A stretch of 63,930 nt of DNA, filler included, from Folioceros fuciformis (GCA_049999805.1; 5 parts of 5 records of this genome joined end to end with filler, not necessarily neighbours in it), one strand, 5' to 3'. Positions 1 through 13,484 are shown, numbered from the whole stretch's first letter. Notes: generated by a model from the sequence alone, not told the origin. Numbers and translations: made by a program.

Positions 1-899
1 TTATAACATTTAGATAGTTTAGCGATTATAAATATATATTTTATAATTTCTACATTTTAAATATTTTATTTTTGATAAATACTTGAATTCTCTAATTGTT
101 AGACCTCCTTAAATGTTACCCAATGCCCTACTCCCAATAGGTAACATTTAGGGAGGATGGACTATACTCTCATAACTTCGTCTCATATACTTGATGGTTC
201 CCACGTTGAGGGATAAGGGAGCTCTCTACTTTTGAAAGGGAATATATGTTTTAAATGTTGAAAGTGGATAGTGTTTGAGAAAAGATCGTGTAATTGGGTG
301 GCATCACCTACAAACATTGATGGATTATGTCTGTCTAACATTAATTGCGTTGCTCTTGGACGATACTCTTTAATATAGGTCTAAACCTGATATGTCTTAT
401 TACTCACTTAATTTATTATTTTTCTTTCTTCCTATAATATATTATATATTGTATATTGTATTGAAAGAAATTTTGTGTTCAAAGGTTGGCCTTACTTTCT
501 TCTCCCACCACCACTGAGATATCTCTGTAACCCAAAGATAAGCTCACACCAGACCTCCTCATAACCAGAAGCAGGCCTAGGCAGCCTTGTCTTTGGCAAG
601 ACCCAAATGAAAACAGAAGAATCTTCAGAGCCCTAATACTACATGCTTGTGATGTAAAGTCTAGGTCTACCATTACTATATGCTTGCGATGTAAAGCCAT
701 CCTTTCTAAACGCGCCATGCGGATACTCCACGCGGAAATGCGGGGAGCTGTCGAACGTCTTACTGCTACGTCCCTGGCTTACGTATCAAAACAGACCGTG
801 ACGAATCTCCAAGCTCCACAACGTTCAGCATTGCACGCAGCGTTGGGTCCTACTTCGTTTCTTCATGCGTTCATGAAGTCTTCCGCCAAGCGCGGATCC

Positions 900-981
900 A
901 GATCCCAGTAGCACCAATTGGGTCATGAACGTTGCTCAGAATAGATCCCAATAGCACCGACTGGGTTATGAAGGTTGCTCA
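900..981. repeat. ~43-bp imperfect tandem duplication (2 copies)
   Basis: agatcccagtagcaccaattgggtcatgaacgttgctca at 900 and agatcccaatagcaccgactgggttatgaaggttgctca at 943. Confidence 0.8.
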
Positions 982-1099
982 CATCATGGCACAGCCAGGG
1001 TTGAGATTCTCAGCCCTGGACACGCGCACTGAATGTGCTACGAACGAATGCAAACACTTTACTGATGTGCATAGATCTTGACGATGCTCAAAGCATAGT

Positions 1100-1239
1100 G
1101 AATTCAGCACACATATGCCCCGAATGAAAAGATCCTCGCGACGGCTTCCCCAGAGGATCAGCAACCAGCCAACAAGAGAATTCAGCACACATATGCCGCG
1201 AATGAAAAGATCCTCGCGACGGCTTCCCCAGAGGATCAG
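1100..1239. repeat. 78-bp-period near-perfect tandem duplication downstream of the BELL stop (probable 3' UTR region)
   Basis: gaattcagcacacatatgcc(c/g)cgaatgaaaagatcctcgcgacggcttccccagaggatcag at 1100 and again at 1178. Confidence 0.9.
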
Positions 1240-1520
1240 TAGAAAAGTTGAGGCACGCATCTCGAAACAGGGTTGAAGTGAAGGCTTTATGCAAGTAAAA
1301 GGACAATCTTGCACGCATAGGTGCAATAACAAAATGGTAGTGTTCTAAAGTCCGCCATACTGAATAAATAACTACATAACATTAGTGCCCAAGATCTGAA
1401 GAATTAAAATTAAAGCTCGGAAGTCATCAGCCCCGCAAAGCTTGCGCGATGCAGTGGAGGAGGATGAGCTGACGACAGGCCCATGTGGGGGAGGAGGATG
1501 AGCCGACGACCGAGGCGGGA

Positions 1521-4500
1521 TCAGCCGCCGAAGCTTGGCCCACCGACATTGGTGGGCTCGTCGGCTCCCGAGCCAGCTACAACCAGCTCCAGGCCGGGGA
1601 GCTGGAAGCCCTGCTGGCTCCCGGAGACTACGTCCGAGTGACGTAGTCCCAAAGTGAGGGAGACCACGCTCCCGCTGCCCCCGCTCGCCCCGGGCACGAA
1701 CCTGCTGCTCGCCCCAGTCACGAACCTGCTCAGGCCCTGGAAGGGCCCCAAGGTCGGGAGGGCGCTGCCGCTCCCGCTCATCTCCTCCTGCCCCGGGGCA
1801 GGACCGTTGCGCGCCTTCTTCCTGGCGCGGCCGTCCTCGTCCTGCACCTCAGGACCCTCGGAGCCCGAGGCCATAGTCTCCTCGATTGGAGACTCTCCCT
1901 CGGGAGCAACTGGTGCCTCCTCCAACGCGAGAGCTGCAGCTCGCTGCTCGGCTGCCTCCTCCTCCTTGCTCTCTTCCAGGTACATCTCTTCCACCATTGG
2001 TTTCCAGAGACGTACCCGGGCGTTGATGAACCAGTTCGAGACCTGCGCAGTCACAACACAGTGCTTAGAACGTTGTTATCGGGACCAAGAAAATTACTAA
2101 CGAGTTGAGTACACACAGCGTGCTGTCGCTTAGGTGTGTACTGTCGGGCAAACCATTTGCTACAGACCACAGCTGTCTTGAACACTACGCACTAACACAG
2201 AACATACAGGACATACACGAGAGACGCTGAAGCATTTGAAGATAGAGTTGAAGTGAAGGCTTCATCCCAGCAAACAAGACACGGCAAGGCTGTATATCTT
2301 GCTAACCACGTTGTCCAATTCAGATAAACCATTATAAGTGGAAGACAAACTCGGTAAGAACGGAAGTTACCTGGCTCCTTGTCAGCCCGGTCTGTCGGGC
2401 CAGCGACATCTTGTCCCCATCCTTCGGATAGCTGCATTCATACCAAGCCAAACAAAAAGGTTCAACATTGGGTGCATATCGTGTCGAATGCATGTCATTC
2501 GACACTTGAGCATGTAGACCGATTCAAGAATGTAGAGCATCTGGAGTTAACAGCCAAAAACTTTTACTGACCGTGACCGGGAGCATGCCAAGGGGAGAGA
2601 ACTTACGGATGGAGAAAGTGCTCGAAGAGCCAGGCTCGGAGGACAGTCACTGCCCTCTCCGGCAGACCCCGCTGGGGTCTCCATGCATGCTGCTGGAGCA
2701 TGCCCAGGTGCTGCAGGGCTCTCTGCTGCCGGAGCTGCTGGTCCACGAACCTGAGCCGGGGGATCTCCCCCCGGCTCAGTGAGAGGGTGGGGGCATCCTC
2801 CTCCCCCAGCAGCCTGTTGCAAATCCGAAGCTGCCCCTCAATGGTGTCCCTCAAGCCTCGGAAGTGCCGGGACATGGCCTCGAAGGCCAGATTGGTGTAG
2901 GACTGTGCAGCGCCCCTTCCAAGAGCCACGTCCATCGTGGTGATCACGACACGCATCTGCTCAGAGTATGCTCTGTACGTGCCGTCGACCTGTGTACACC
3001 ACACTAGAAGTCAGAGACATGTAGAATTAAGGGTGCAGACCTGTGAAGACGTTCCTAGACCAGACTGCAATGTCACAGACGATCAGGAAGGTGTGCCCAT
3101 GTTTGAGAATGGACCCAGTGATGTCCAGTCACAAGCGGTTGGCACTACAAATAAGCAAGAAACGTCACAAGCTTGAACGACGAAACAAACCCACCGCTTT
3201 CACATGAACAAACTGCTGCACATGAACTCTAGCAAGTGGCCGGACAAACTGGTAGGACCAATACAGAATGAAGAACGAACAAGCCAAGACATGTACAGTT
3301 CTCAAAACAAACCTCCGTATAAGCAGAGCTAGCACGATGATACATGTTGTCCAGCTGTAAGATGAAACAGATTGTTCAAAGCTCAAATGTGTGAATCACA
3401 AGTATGAAAAACCCAGAAAGATGAATGCAGAGAACATATGGAGTCAGCTCAAAATCAGACTGGTGTTCACAAACACCGGTGTTGACAAACACCGTGTAAA
3501 GGAAAACTCGAGCATTTGAAGAGCCTTACCTCCTCCATCATGCCGGTGAGCCTGGCCTTTTTGGCCTCAATCTGAGACCTCTGCTCCGGAGTGAGAACTG
3601 GAGGCTGAGGGGGAGGAACAGGCCCATTGGAACTCTCTCCTTGCTGGACTCTAGCATCACATTCAGCGGCGCTGTCCCCAACCGCTCCCGCCTCCACAAC
3701 AGCAGCCTGAGGAGCGGCAGGCTGCACAACAGAGGGTTGCAATGCAGCAGAAGCAGCAGCAGCAGCTGGCGGCTCACGCTGGTGGGCAGCTGCCCTACGG
3801 TGCGCATTGCCCCTGGGCCTGGAAGTGGAAGGAGAACATATCTCATGAAGCAGCTCCCGGCCTGCTCTGGCATAGGTGCCTCGTGAGGTGAGCAGGCGGC
3901 CGAGAGGAGCAGCCTCCACGTCCACCTGACGGTATACTTGCTGTGGGCCAGAAGAGTTGTGGACAATATGACGCAAGACAGGGAAGGGCTCTCTAGCATG
4001 GGGAGGGGCAGGGGTGCGGAAACGACTCAGAGACGGATTGAGACCTGGGTTGGACGGGCCAGCGTGGTCGTGAAGAGACAACCTCGCCTCAGCAGCAGCG
4101 GCCAACGACATGACATCGGTCGGTCCAACAGCGGCAAGCTGCCCATGGCCAGGAGCGTCCAGACTGGAACGGCCTCCTTGCACATTGGACTGCTGCTGCT
4201 GCTGTTGCTGCGAGAAGAGGGACAGGGAGAGCCCCTGCCCGCTCCCCTGCACAGCGTCGGAGTCCGCCATGGACAAGCGGCCTTGGAAGGCTGAGCGCTG
4301 CTGGTGCTGGCTCTGGGCTCGACTCCGCTGAAGAACGTCGAAGTGGGAGAGCTGCTCCGCTACAGACTGAAAGCAGTGACTAGACTCCTGAGCAGACTCA
4401 CTAGAAGGAAGAAAGGTGAGCTCCGTGCTCTCATGTCGCCAAGAGCCGGAGCTGGTGGTGTAGGTGAATGGCGAAGCTCCCTGCCCGAGCTGCATATTTG

Positions 4501-6067
4501 TAGCCAGGCTGAGGTGCTGAGAGGCGGTGTCGTCGAGGGCAGAGAGATGGTGTACTTGCATCCCTAAGCCTGCATTGCCCTGCCCCATGGCCGATGCTTG
4601 CAACGGCAAGTTGAGGTAGCTGGATTGGGACCCGCCGTGTCCGTGTCCGTGTCCCTGCCCCTGGCTCCCGCTCCCGCTCCCGCTCCCGCTCCCGCCCATC
4701 CCGAAGTCCGGATTGCCAGCTCCTCCTGAGCCCGAGGCCACCATCAAGTCGCTCACGCCTCCAGAAGCATCCGCGAAGCCCTGGTCATTGTAGGCGGTGA
4801 GGTACAAGTGCATCGCTGTATCCGAGCTGAATCCTTGCGCGTGGAGCGAGCCCGTCCCCGAGCCCAGGGCCACTGCCGCTGCAGATGCAGAGCTCGACGG
4901 TACAGAGTTTACGTTACTGCTGCCAAACGCAGACAGGTCTTGTACGCTGTCATAACTGGCCGGACCATTGTAGAAAGAGGCTCCGGCTCCAGCCCCGTTC
5001 CCGTTGAAGAGCCACAAATTGCTCCACCCGGTGGCCCTGGAGTCGGCGCTCCCCATCGCCATGCCCTCCACCTCCTGCTGCTGCTGGCTCGCAAAAAGCA
5101 GGCTCCCGGGCGTGTGAACAGTCTCGGGGCCATGATCTCCCGCCTGCTGCTGCATCGCCAACTGCATCTCGCAGGTCACGCTCACATGAGTCTTGTGTAG
5201 CTGGCTGTGGTCCTTGTGCTGTTGCTGCAGAAGCGATATCCTGTAAGCCTGCGAAGCCAGTTCATCGTCGTAATTGTCGTTCCCGGCTGGCGCGTGGAGC
5301 TGGGCTCCGCCATTATGGCCTCCGTCGTAGCCCCTGAAAGCCCCGCTCCCGTCTCCACCATGGCCAGAACCAGAAGCTTCCACCTCCTGGGAGTGGGAGT
5401 ACTGGTCCCCAAACCTGAAGCCCTCGGGAAGTCCCGGGTCCTCATCACCCCTGGGCGGGGACCCGCCCGCTCCGAGCTGCTCCCTGTGGTACTGCAGCTC
5501 CAACATTCTGGAAGCGTCCAGATTGGCGCTTGCCACCCCGTCGGCCCACTCCTGGTGCGGACCCCTGCCCGCCTCCACTCCCAGGCCCTGCTCCGGCCCA
5601 CCTTGGTGACTGTACCCGGTAGGCAAGAAGTTGTTCCTGCTGTAGAGCAGCTGCTGAGTCGCCATTGTGTGTTCGCGGAAGAAGTAGGCATTGGCCGCGT
5701 CTTGCTCCTCCAACTGCTGCCCCGCGTCTCTCCCCGGCATGGCCGCAACGTCGTCCTCCGAGCTCTGGTACAAGCTTGGGCCCGAGAGGAAGGAGAACTG
5801 CTGAGTGGCTCCGGAGCCCCGGTGGCCCGAGGCATCCTCATCCCCTTGCAGATGATGCCCCGCCAGGCCGGTGGCGTCGAAGGTGTGGCGTATGTCGTAT
5901 GCCGAGATGGAGTCCGCCACGCCAAGCATGCTCATGTGCTGCTCCACCGTCCCTGCATCCTGCCACTGCAAGGGGAACTCAGTGTGAGAATACGTAGAGC
6001 TCAGCTCAGCAGCTGGTGGACATGGACAAAAGCTCCATCGGCATGTGGTCTGCCCTGGTTCAAGCAT
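1521..6067 (-). CDS. BELL: BEL1-like (BELL/BLH) TALE homeodomain transcription factor; 4 coding exons: 6067-3530, 2989-2607, 2431-2371, 2042-1521
   Basis: GT-AG junctions read by eye give a continuous frame. Motifs: LSLSL; diverged SKY box ([15 protein letters not shown]); POX/BELL domain ([27 protein letters not shown]...[13 protein letters not shown]); homeodomain [67 protein letters not shown] with the typical 61-bp third exon; C-terminal VSLTLGL. Start codon uncertain. Confidence 0.96.
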
Positions 6068-9000
6068 ACTGGCTTAGCTTTCTTGCTTGCACTAATGATG
6101 GGATCAAAAGCAAGGTTGCAAGCTTCCTTGCAATGAAGCACAAAATTTGCATCTCGGGCACAGATCCCGAGACATACGAAACAAATTTAAGGACGCTGTA
6201 TGCATGCAGTAGATCTACTGAACAATAAAGAATGCTATATCTAGCAATATCGTATGGCAACTTACGGAGGACGGGTATGTCGGCCCTTGCTGGGTGTTGC
6301 TCCCCGGACCCGAGTGAGGCCCCATGGTGCCCGCACCAGGCCGCAAAGGTTGGAGATGGTGTAAGCTTGGATGCGATGTGCTGTCCTTGGCCTCCACGTA
6401 TGTGAAATTGATGGAATGCGCAATGGGCTCCGTAAAGCGAGAGGGGATCTGAACTTCAGCCCACTGCACGGCAAGGGAAGGGAAAACGAGAAATGAGGAT
6501 GAGCGCAGGCAAAGTCAGGAGGAGCATGCCCAGGCAAGCTCCAGACACAGAATCCAGTGGGCAAAAACAAGAGCAATTCCAGGTAGCTCAGGTATCAAGA
6601 ATGTGCAACGCGTTTGCAAGCAAGGACGACTTACTAGCCTCATCATCAGCTAGCATACATACCGTCCTTGCGGCACAGAACGGGGTGGGAAGCGTAGTTA
6701 CCGAGACCCGTGCAGGAAGCTCTCACTCACACTCACCCCTCGCGCAACACACAACAAACCAGCCAAACCCGACGCTACGTCACAGAGCAGGGAGAAATTT
6801 AAGCAAAGCATTCACAGTCCTGAGCAAAAGAAGAGAAAACAGCTGAGCGTTGAGAAACGCTCTCCATTCACAACCAAGACACGAAGCGTGAAGCTCGCTC
6901 CAAGACCCCAAACAGCATGCAAAACGAAGGCCAGCGCAGGGATCCCACCGTGGGAGTCGAAGCTTGCAACGGGACAGCCACCAGCCGGAACCGCAACCTC
7001 AACCGCAACTGAAGACACAGGCCTGGAGGTTCGGACGAGCTGCAAAGGAGCTTCCGGCAGCAGGGGAGGCAGTGACGCAAGCGGGAAGCTGAAGCAGGGA
7101 TGGGCTGTGGGCAGCGTAATCTGTGAGCGAGAGCTTGGCAGTGGATCCGGATGAGGCGCAGGATGGGGTGGGCTGGGGAGTCGGGACGCAACCTCGCTCG
7201 CTGGGGAGGCAAAGGCGAGAGATTGTGAGAAAGAGACCACGGTCCAAGACTATGAAAGGGAGAGGGAGAGGCGGAAGAGAGAGGCGAGGCAGCGGGGACG
7301 AGAGACGAGAGACGAGTCCGCCATGGCTGCGCTCGAGCTTTGGACGCTGACCGTGCCGTGCCCTGCTCTGCCCCTTCCCCCTCTACTAATCACCACGCTT
7401 ATTCAACTAAACTTTCCCTCCCTTCATTCTAAACACCCAAATCTAACACCCATATTCCCGCTTTAATCCTTGCTTAACACCACCCTTCGTCACCTCGGCA
7501 TCGCAAGTACGAGACACACAAGCAAACAAAACAACCTTCCCTTGCATAACACAAGATTTAAGACTAATAACATGAACGCATGCCAAGGATGGATTAGTTA
7601 TAACATGTAGAGTAATACGGAAGGGACAACATTCCCTCTGTCTCATTCACTCTGCAGGCTTGCCATTTCCGCTCGTGCATTCCGCATCCTTGATGACAGC
7701 TGATTGTCCTAACTCGTCCAGAGAATCGACCGGCCTTGCCTGCCATGGTCTGGGAACATGAAGGCTTAAAGGATCTCTCGACATTGATCTTCCATTCGCT
7801 ATCACGCCGGTTTCGGTTCCGGGGTTTCTGTACATACATTCAACGCTGCTGCTGGCTGCACTTCATGATTTGGGTTTGTTTTCTTCTACTGTCCTCGCAC
7901 TGCAAAGGCAATCCTTGGCGTTATCACCATGTGGTCGTAACCTTTTTGTTATGGATGGAAGAACGTCTTAATTAACTCCATGCTTACTACGTTTGTTCAT
8001 TCATATCTGCAAACTTTCGATTAACTTTCCCACCTAATCCTTTATTTGATGCTAAAGTAACCAACCATGGGAGAGTAAAAGGAGTGCTTGGGCAGACGAT
8101 AACATAACAGGACTTGTTACTTCGACCGGTCAACGCGGTCGCTCATCCGTCAGTGAATCCCTGTTAAGGCGTCGAGTGACCTGTCGCTCCAGTCAACTGC
8201 CATCCACTGCCGCGGTGAAAGGTGAAGGAAAACATGTGCGTGGCGCGACGCCACCGACTGTGACGTTCTTGGCGACCGGGACCGGCAAAAAGGCTCCGCT
8301 CCCGCCATGTTTCGTGGTCGAAACCGTTTCTTTCCACAGCCCTGCTCCAAGGGAGCCCGGCCGGGAGCGTCGCACGCGGGCACGGCCGGTGACCACGCCG
8401 CCGACCTACCGCCACCTACAATGCCTTCTTTCCCAACCAAACCATGGGAAGATAGATGAAGCGGGCCAGGGTAACGTTGGGACATCACGCCAGGGGCGTT
8501 GCGTTGTCGGGGAGGGTCGAACCCGGGTCGGCCGCGTGACAGGCGAGAACACTGACCGACTCGCTATCCTCCGGGGGTTGCGGTTGGGGGTTCGGATTAC
8601 GCAGGGTGGGTCCCCCCTCCCACTGGACGAGTGCGCCAAAGGTGCAACGCGGTAGCTGGGAACTGGGTTTATTGGAGCACGCCGTTTGCGTCTGCCGGTA
8701 CACTCCTGGTGTACGCAACCATGTGGGGGTGCCGGTGTGTACAAACGGGCTTTCACTGGGCCACATGTCAGGTCTAGGGTTTGGGTTTCGTCGCCGCAGT
8801 ACAATGATGGCGCGGGCCGAGGCTGTGATGAAAGCCAGTTCCAGTTACGGGCGACGGCTGATGAAAGCTACCGTGTCGATTGGAGGGAAGTGACGTAACG
8901 GAGGAGTTTCTCCGTTCCGTTGTCCTTGACTTGTGCCACTGGCTTATTGCGCGCACGAGCACGAGGACGGGAACGCCGGGCCCCCGTTCCGTCCGACGTC

Positions 9001-12000
9001 CACTGTGGCCCGGTTCGCCATCCGGATGGTTTACCACACAATGACTGGCAAATCCAGGTTGACGTGACCGGAGACAACCTGTTGACGCGACGTCGGAACG
9101 CATGAGCGCGGGCGTTGTTATCAGTGGGCCACGGGCTGCTATCCGGTCGAGTGGCGGTCCCCGTCGCCCCGGTTACCCCCACAACAGGGATGGGACCTCG
9201 CACCATAGCCAGGGATTACGCCAAATACGGTACGCCCGAAAATGACCATTTCAAGGTGGCCTGGCCTGGCCGGTGCGGTGCGGCGACCGCTGGGTGTTGG
9301 CCCAGTACCTGGGCGCCGACCAGTCACAGCCCTCTTTGTTGCGCGCGAGCGAGGAGCTCGCTTGCTGCTTGCTCCCATCATGCGGAAGGTGGCGCACACT
9401 GTTTGAACGTGACTGGCTCCCAGCCCAGTCCAGTCCAGCAAAGCCCGACCCAGCTGGGGTCACCGACGCACTCTGCTTGTCCGGCAGCTCGGTCTCTGTT
9501 GCTTCTCCACTCGCCCTGCCTTTCTCTGCACCGTCCCTTGATTCCCTTCAAAGCAGAGCAGGGCCTGGTGGCGCTGGCAGCTTCGAGTACGTCCGGTGAT
9601 GTATACCACCACTGTCGCCGAGCTATGACGGAATCCCCGTATCAGCTGCCCCCACTGCACACTGGAGGGGGTTCTGGACTCGTCTGGAACTTCAAGTACT
9701 GCATGGCCTACCACATACATGTGAAGCCCAGCGGCTTATTCTGCACCTTTCACACTACTGCCAGCTCCGAGCTCGGAGCTGGTACGTGCCACTTCACCTT
9801 CCGATTCCGAGCTTTGAATGTGTGTGATCCACCGAGTCATACTATGCTCATCCAGATCGCTAGTCCCGTTGCCCATCCAGACGCACCTGCTGCTTGTAAC
9901 CCATGGAGGAAGGGAAATGTAACGTTAACGAGGCTGTTAGTAACCTTACACATGCACTGAGAGCCTGTAATACACTGGTACAGTCTCACACCCGTGAAGC
10001 TGCAACGCGTGGTCGGTCGGAAGATGAACCTTGATAGAGGTTACATCATGAATAATTATGAACAAGCTGGCTCTGATGAGTTGATGACTGGAATGAGCAT
10101 GAGAATGAGAATGATCGAGTGTGGATATGCACACAAAAGCTTGATGGCTTTTGGTATTGGGACAGGAAGGAAGGTCCTGTCACAAGTCATGGAAGAAACC
10201 ACCTGAAGAAGTGGACCTACAGGCTAGCAACAGGTGTGATATGGATCCCCATATATGGCCACTGCAGGAGCTTGCAATTGTTTGCTTGCTATGCGATGCT
10301 TGCATGTTTGTTGTGCCCTTGGCGGCAAACTGGGCGGTTAGCATAATGGACAGGTGTTGCCAAACGGGGCACCACACACAATTGATGGTCACGGACTGTT
10401 GCACCAAATCACCATCACCGTTGGGGCCCGGGGAGCTCACAGGTCTTGACAAGCTGACAAGCACGTTGGACCCACGACATGGACCCTGGAAAGCGCCTCT
10501 CCTAACCACGACTAGAGACTAGTATGTACATATATATTCCATGAGCCTAGCTAGCCGAGTGCAGGAAGAATCCAGAAGCATAGTATCCTTGCACAGTGTG
10601 AATACCTTTCCCAAATGCCCCGGACCCTCTCCTCGTGAGGTCCCTCTCAAGACCTACTTAGCGCTGATGCTGTACATTTTCGTCTCCCATGCTGCAGTGC
10701 TGCAGTCCTAGCCTGCAGCGCTGCAGTAGCAGTGGAGCAGTGGTGTAGGAGGGGAGGGCAGGAATCGGGACGGGGTCTGATAAATTGCGAGAAGGAGGTA
10801 CATTCACGGTGCTTGCTTCCAGGCTGCCGTCTGACAATCCACCCAGCGGAGGCAGCTAGCTAGAGGAAGTGGGTGGGTCCAGATTCTGTCCATCAAACCA
10901 ACCCACCACCAATTCCTGTCCTTGCCCTGCGCCATGGCTCTATCAGTCATGAAGCCACGCCACTCAGAGACGTTTGCGATCAGCTCGCCAGCTTGCCCAA
11001 GATTCCAATTTCCACGACCGGATCGACCCCGCTGCTGCCCTGGGCCGCCCGTTTCAAACTCGCCTCAGGCTCCTTCAAAGCAGCCCGCGGCGTGGAGTAC
11101 AGGAAACGGCTCCTGCCCTTAATTGAAGCGAATCCCGCCTCGGATTAGCCCGCCAATGCGTAGATTTCTGCGGCGCAATACGATCGCGTCGAGTGGGAGG
11201 TGCAAAACGTAACGCAAGGATCAGCCGGTGAAGCCTTTCATTCAACCGCGTTTGCCAACAGTACTTGGCATTCGTTCCCCCCTCCTGCTGTTCTTCACAT
11301 TTATTCCACATCGATGCCAACGCCCCTTGCTCGCAACAGATCAACAAGGAAGGAGAACGAATGGATGCGTGAAACTCTGGTCCTTCCCGGCCACCCCCCC
11401 GTCCCATCCAGCCCGAGCCCCAGCCAGGGCCCGTCCGTCCCGTCCAGCGCGACCGGGAAGAAGGCAGACAAGGCTGCATCCAGGGGGATCTAGGGCGATC
11501 ACAGCGACCTCGTCCCGACGTCCAGCCGCGGTTACAGCGACCGTCCATCTCCATCGGTGGCGCTGATGAGGATCCTGGATGGAGAACCGGGCGGCGGGCG
11601 GCGCTCCGAGGCCGGGATTATGTTGCCGTCCGGCGGGTGTGGCGATACAGGCGATACCCATCCGATATGATAAGATACGATGCGATACGATATTTTTGTG
11701 TCAGGGCGGGACAGGTAGGAAAAGCTAGAGTTACAGTATGTATGGACACTACTGTACTGTACTGTACATACATACATACAGGGTACTAGGGTTTGGTGGC
11801 GGGCCCGTCCTCTCCGACCTGTGCAAGACAGGCTTGAGCGAGGCGAGGCCCATCACGTAGTGCGATGGCGACGCATGCACCGCTGCGATCCGGACGCGTG
11901 GCCGCGTGCCTGGTTAGGTTGGGCGGTCAAACAAACGGGCGCCCGGGTCGGGTTGGGTCAAGCCGTCGCTCTCGCTCGCCATGTGACCAGAGTGCGGCCC

Positions 12001-12587
12001 TGTCTCTGCCCCTCTGCCCCTGGCCTCTGGCTCCACGGACTGCCTTGCCAGCCCAGCCCAGCCCAGCCCAGCTGCCAGCGGCCAGCTACCTGCTGCCAGC
12101 TAAAGTTCCCGTTCCCGCCACTGCAGAAGCGCGGGTAGGTACTAGACAGACTCACCAAGCGTTACGAACTTCCGCAAGACTTTTCTGGAACCAGGAGACT
12201 TCCGTGTAGAACAAGAGATAAAAAGAGGAAACTTCCTTGACCTCATCCGTGATTGGGAACAATCTTCTAAAACGGTACCAAAGAACGTTGTCTTTCCTCC
12301 AACTCGCGCATGCTCACCTAACCTATGGAGAGGATGGGCAAGAGGTGAGGCGGATAGGGCCTGACAGTGCAGGTGAGAACATTCCATGGGACAACCTGAG
12401 GCTAGTTGGTCATTTGCATTTTGTCACTTGGTCCATCTAACGAGGATTTTGTTTACAAGACCCAATCCTGATTCAGCAAAGCGGTGTCTTCGAGGAATGA
12501 AGTGGAGCATGCGGTCAGGAGCTTGAAGACCGTTGCCTTGTAGAGTGCCTTTTGAGTCTTGTCGACCAGAAGTAAACATCCAAACAG

Positions 12588-13484
12588 TCATGTGCTACAA
12601 GCATCGTCACAAACCTCTTCCCCCTTGCCACAACCTGGGACATCCTTGATGAGGCTTGGGTCAAGGCCACAAGCCTGCAGAATGGATACACTGGATGGAT
12701 GATCTGCGAAGTTCTTCTGTCGAAAGTCCAACAAAGTTTCTCCTGTCTTGGACACCACGAACGTAGCTCCAAGTTGCCTGACAAAATCGACCAATCCTGT
12801 GAGCACTCATACAGAGAGAACAGTGCAAAGCAGGTGTAGAAACCACAGTTACTCACAGTCCGTCTCCCTTGAAGTTGCCCGGAACGTCCTTGGTCTTGTC
12901 CAAGGCTTTTTTCACGTCCTTGTTCGTAAGGAGCATGCTGACTCCACTGAGATAACCAAGAGACTTTAGTTCCAAAGCCTTTGCTATCTTCTTGCCGTGA
13001 TCGATGTAAAGCTCTCCCTTCCAAAACCCGCCGTCCAGGAACTCTTGCAGGCCGAGGCTTTCAATGCCTGCAAACCCGAGGAAATCGAGGAACAACAAAC
13101 CCACCCTCCTCCTGTTTAATACGAACGAACCACAATTGCTTGCCACAAAGCGTAGCATCGCAACATACCAACAGCCACCACTCGGACGTTGTTGGCTTCA
13201 AGAACGGGCAGCACCCTTGACAGCTCCGCAGCATTGTTCCGACACAGGCGGCAACCAAATCGCCGAAGTACATGAATCACAGCTGTCTGCAGACATCAAT
13301 TCTAGGTTATGGCAAGTTGCCTCAGAATTCAGAGCAGCAGCGCAGGTTGTCAAGTCTCACTTGCCTGATCTTTCCAGAAGGAGCCCACTTTCACGGCCGT
13401 CTCCTCACCAGGGCCCCTAACCTTATCAATGCTGATATCACGAATTGCCTTTGCCAGGTCATTCGGTCCTGCCGCCGTAGCCAT
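12588..13484 (-). CDS. Peroxiredoxin-like 2 (PRXL2B/FAM213-type, AhpC/TSA-like) thioredoxin-fold protein; exons 13484-13365, 13286-13169, 13067-12857, 12777-12588
   Basis: Spliced translation ...GSFWKDQ|TAVIHVLRRFGCRLCRNNAAEL...VVAVG|IESLGLQEFLDGGFWKGELYIDHGKK...GNFKGDGL|QLGATFVVSKTG...FRQKNFADHP. The RRFGCxxC and GDxxQLGxTFVV motifs are characteristic. Intron 1 is GC-AG. Confidence 0.9.

Noticed and set aside
2256-2272. Partial miR166-like match (ggcttcatccc) within BELL
   Set aside because: Short, imperfect and located in an intron.
3538-6136. Long antisense and alternate-frame ORFs over BELL (also over Sas10, XPT and germin)
   Set aside because: Shadows of GC-rich coding sequence.
7400-12450. 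Many overlapping 60-280 aa ORFs, including 9115-9960
   Set aside because: No recognisable domains or consistent exon structure; expected in GC-rich non-coding DNA.
13230-13260. Possible selenocysteine (SelU-like) redox motif
   Set aside because: Both positions of CxxC are Cys codons (TGC, TGT); there is no in-frame TGA.
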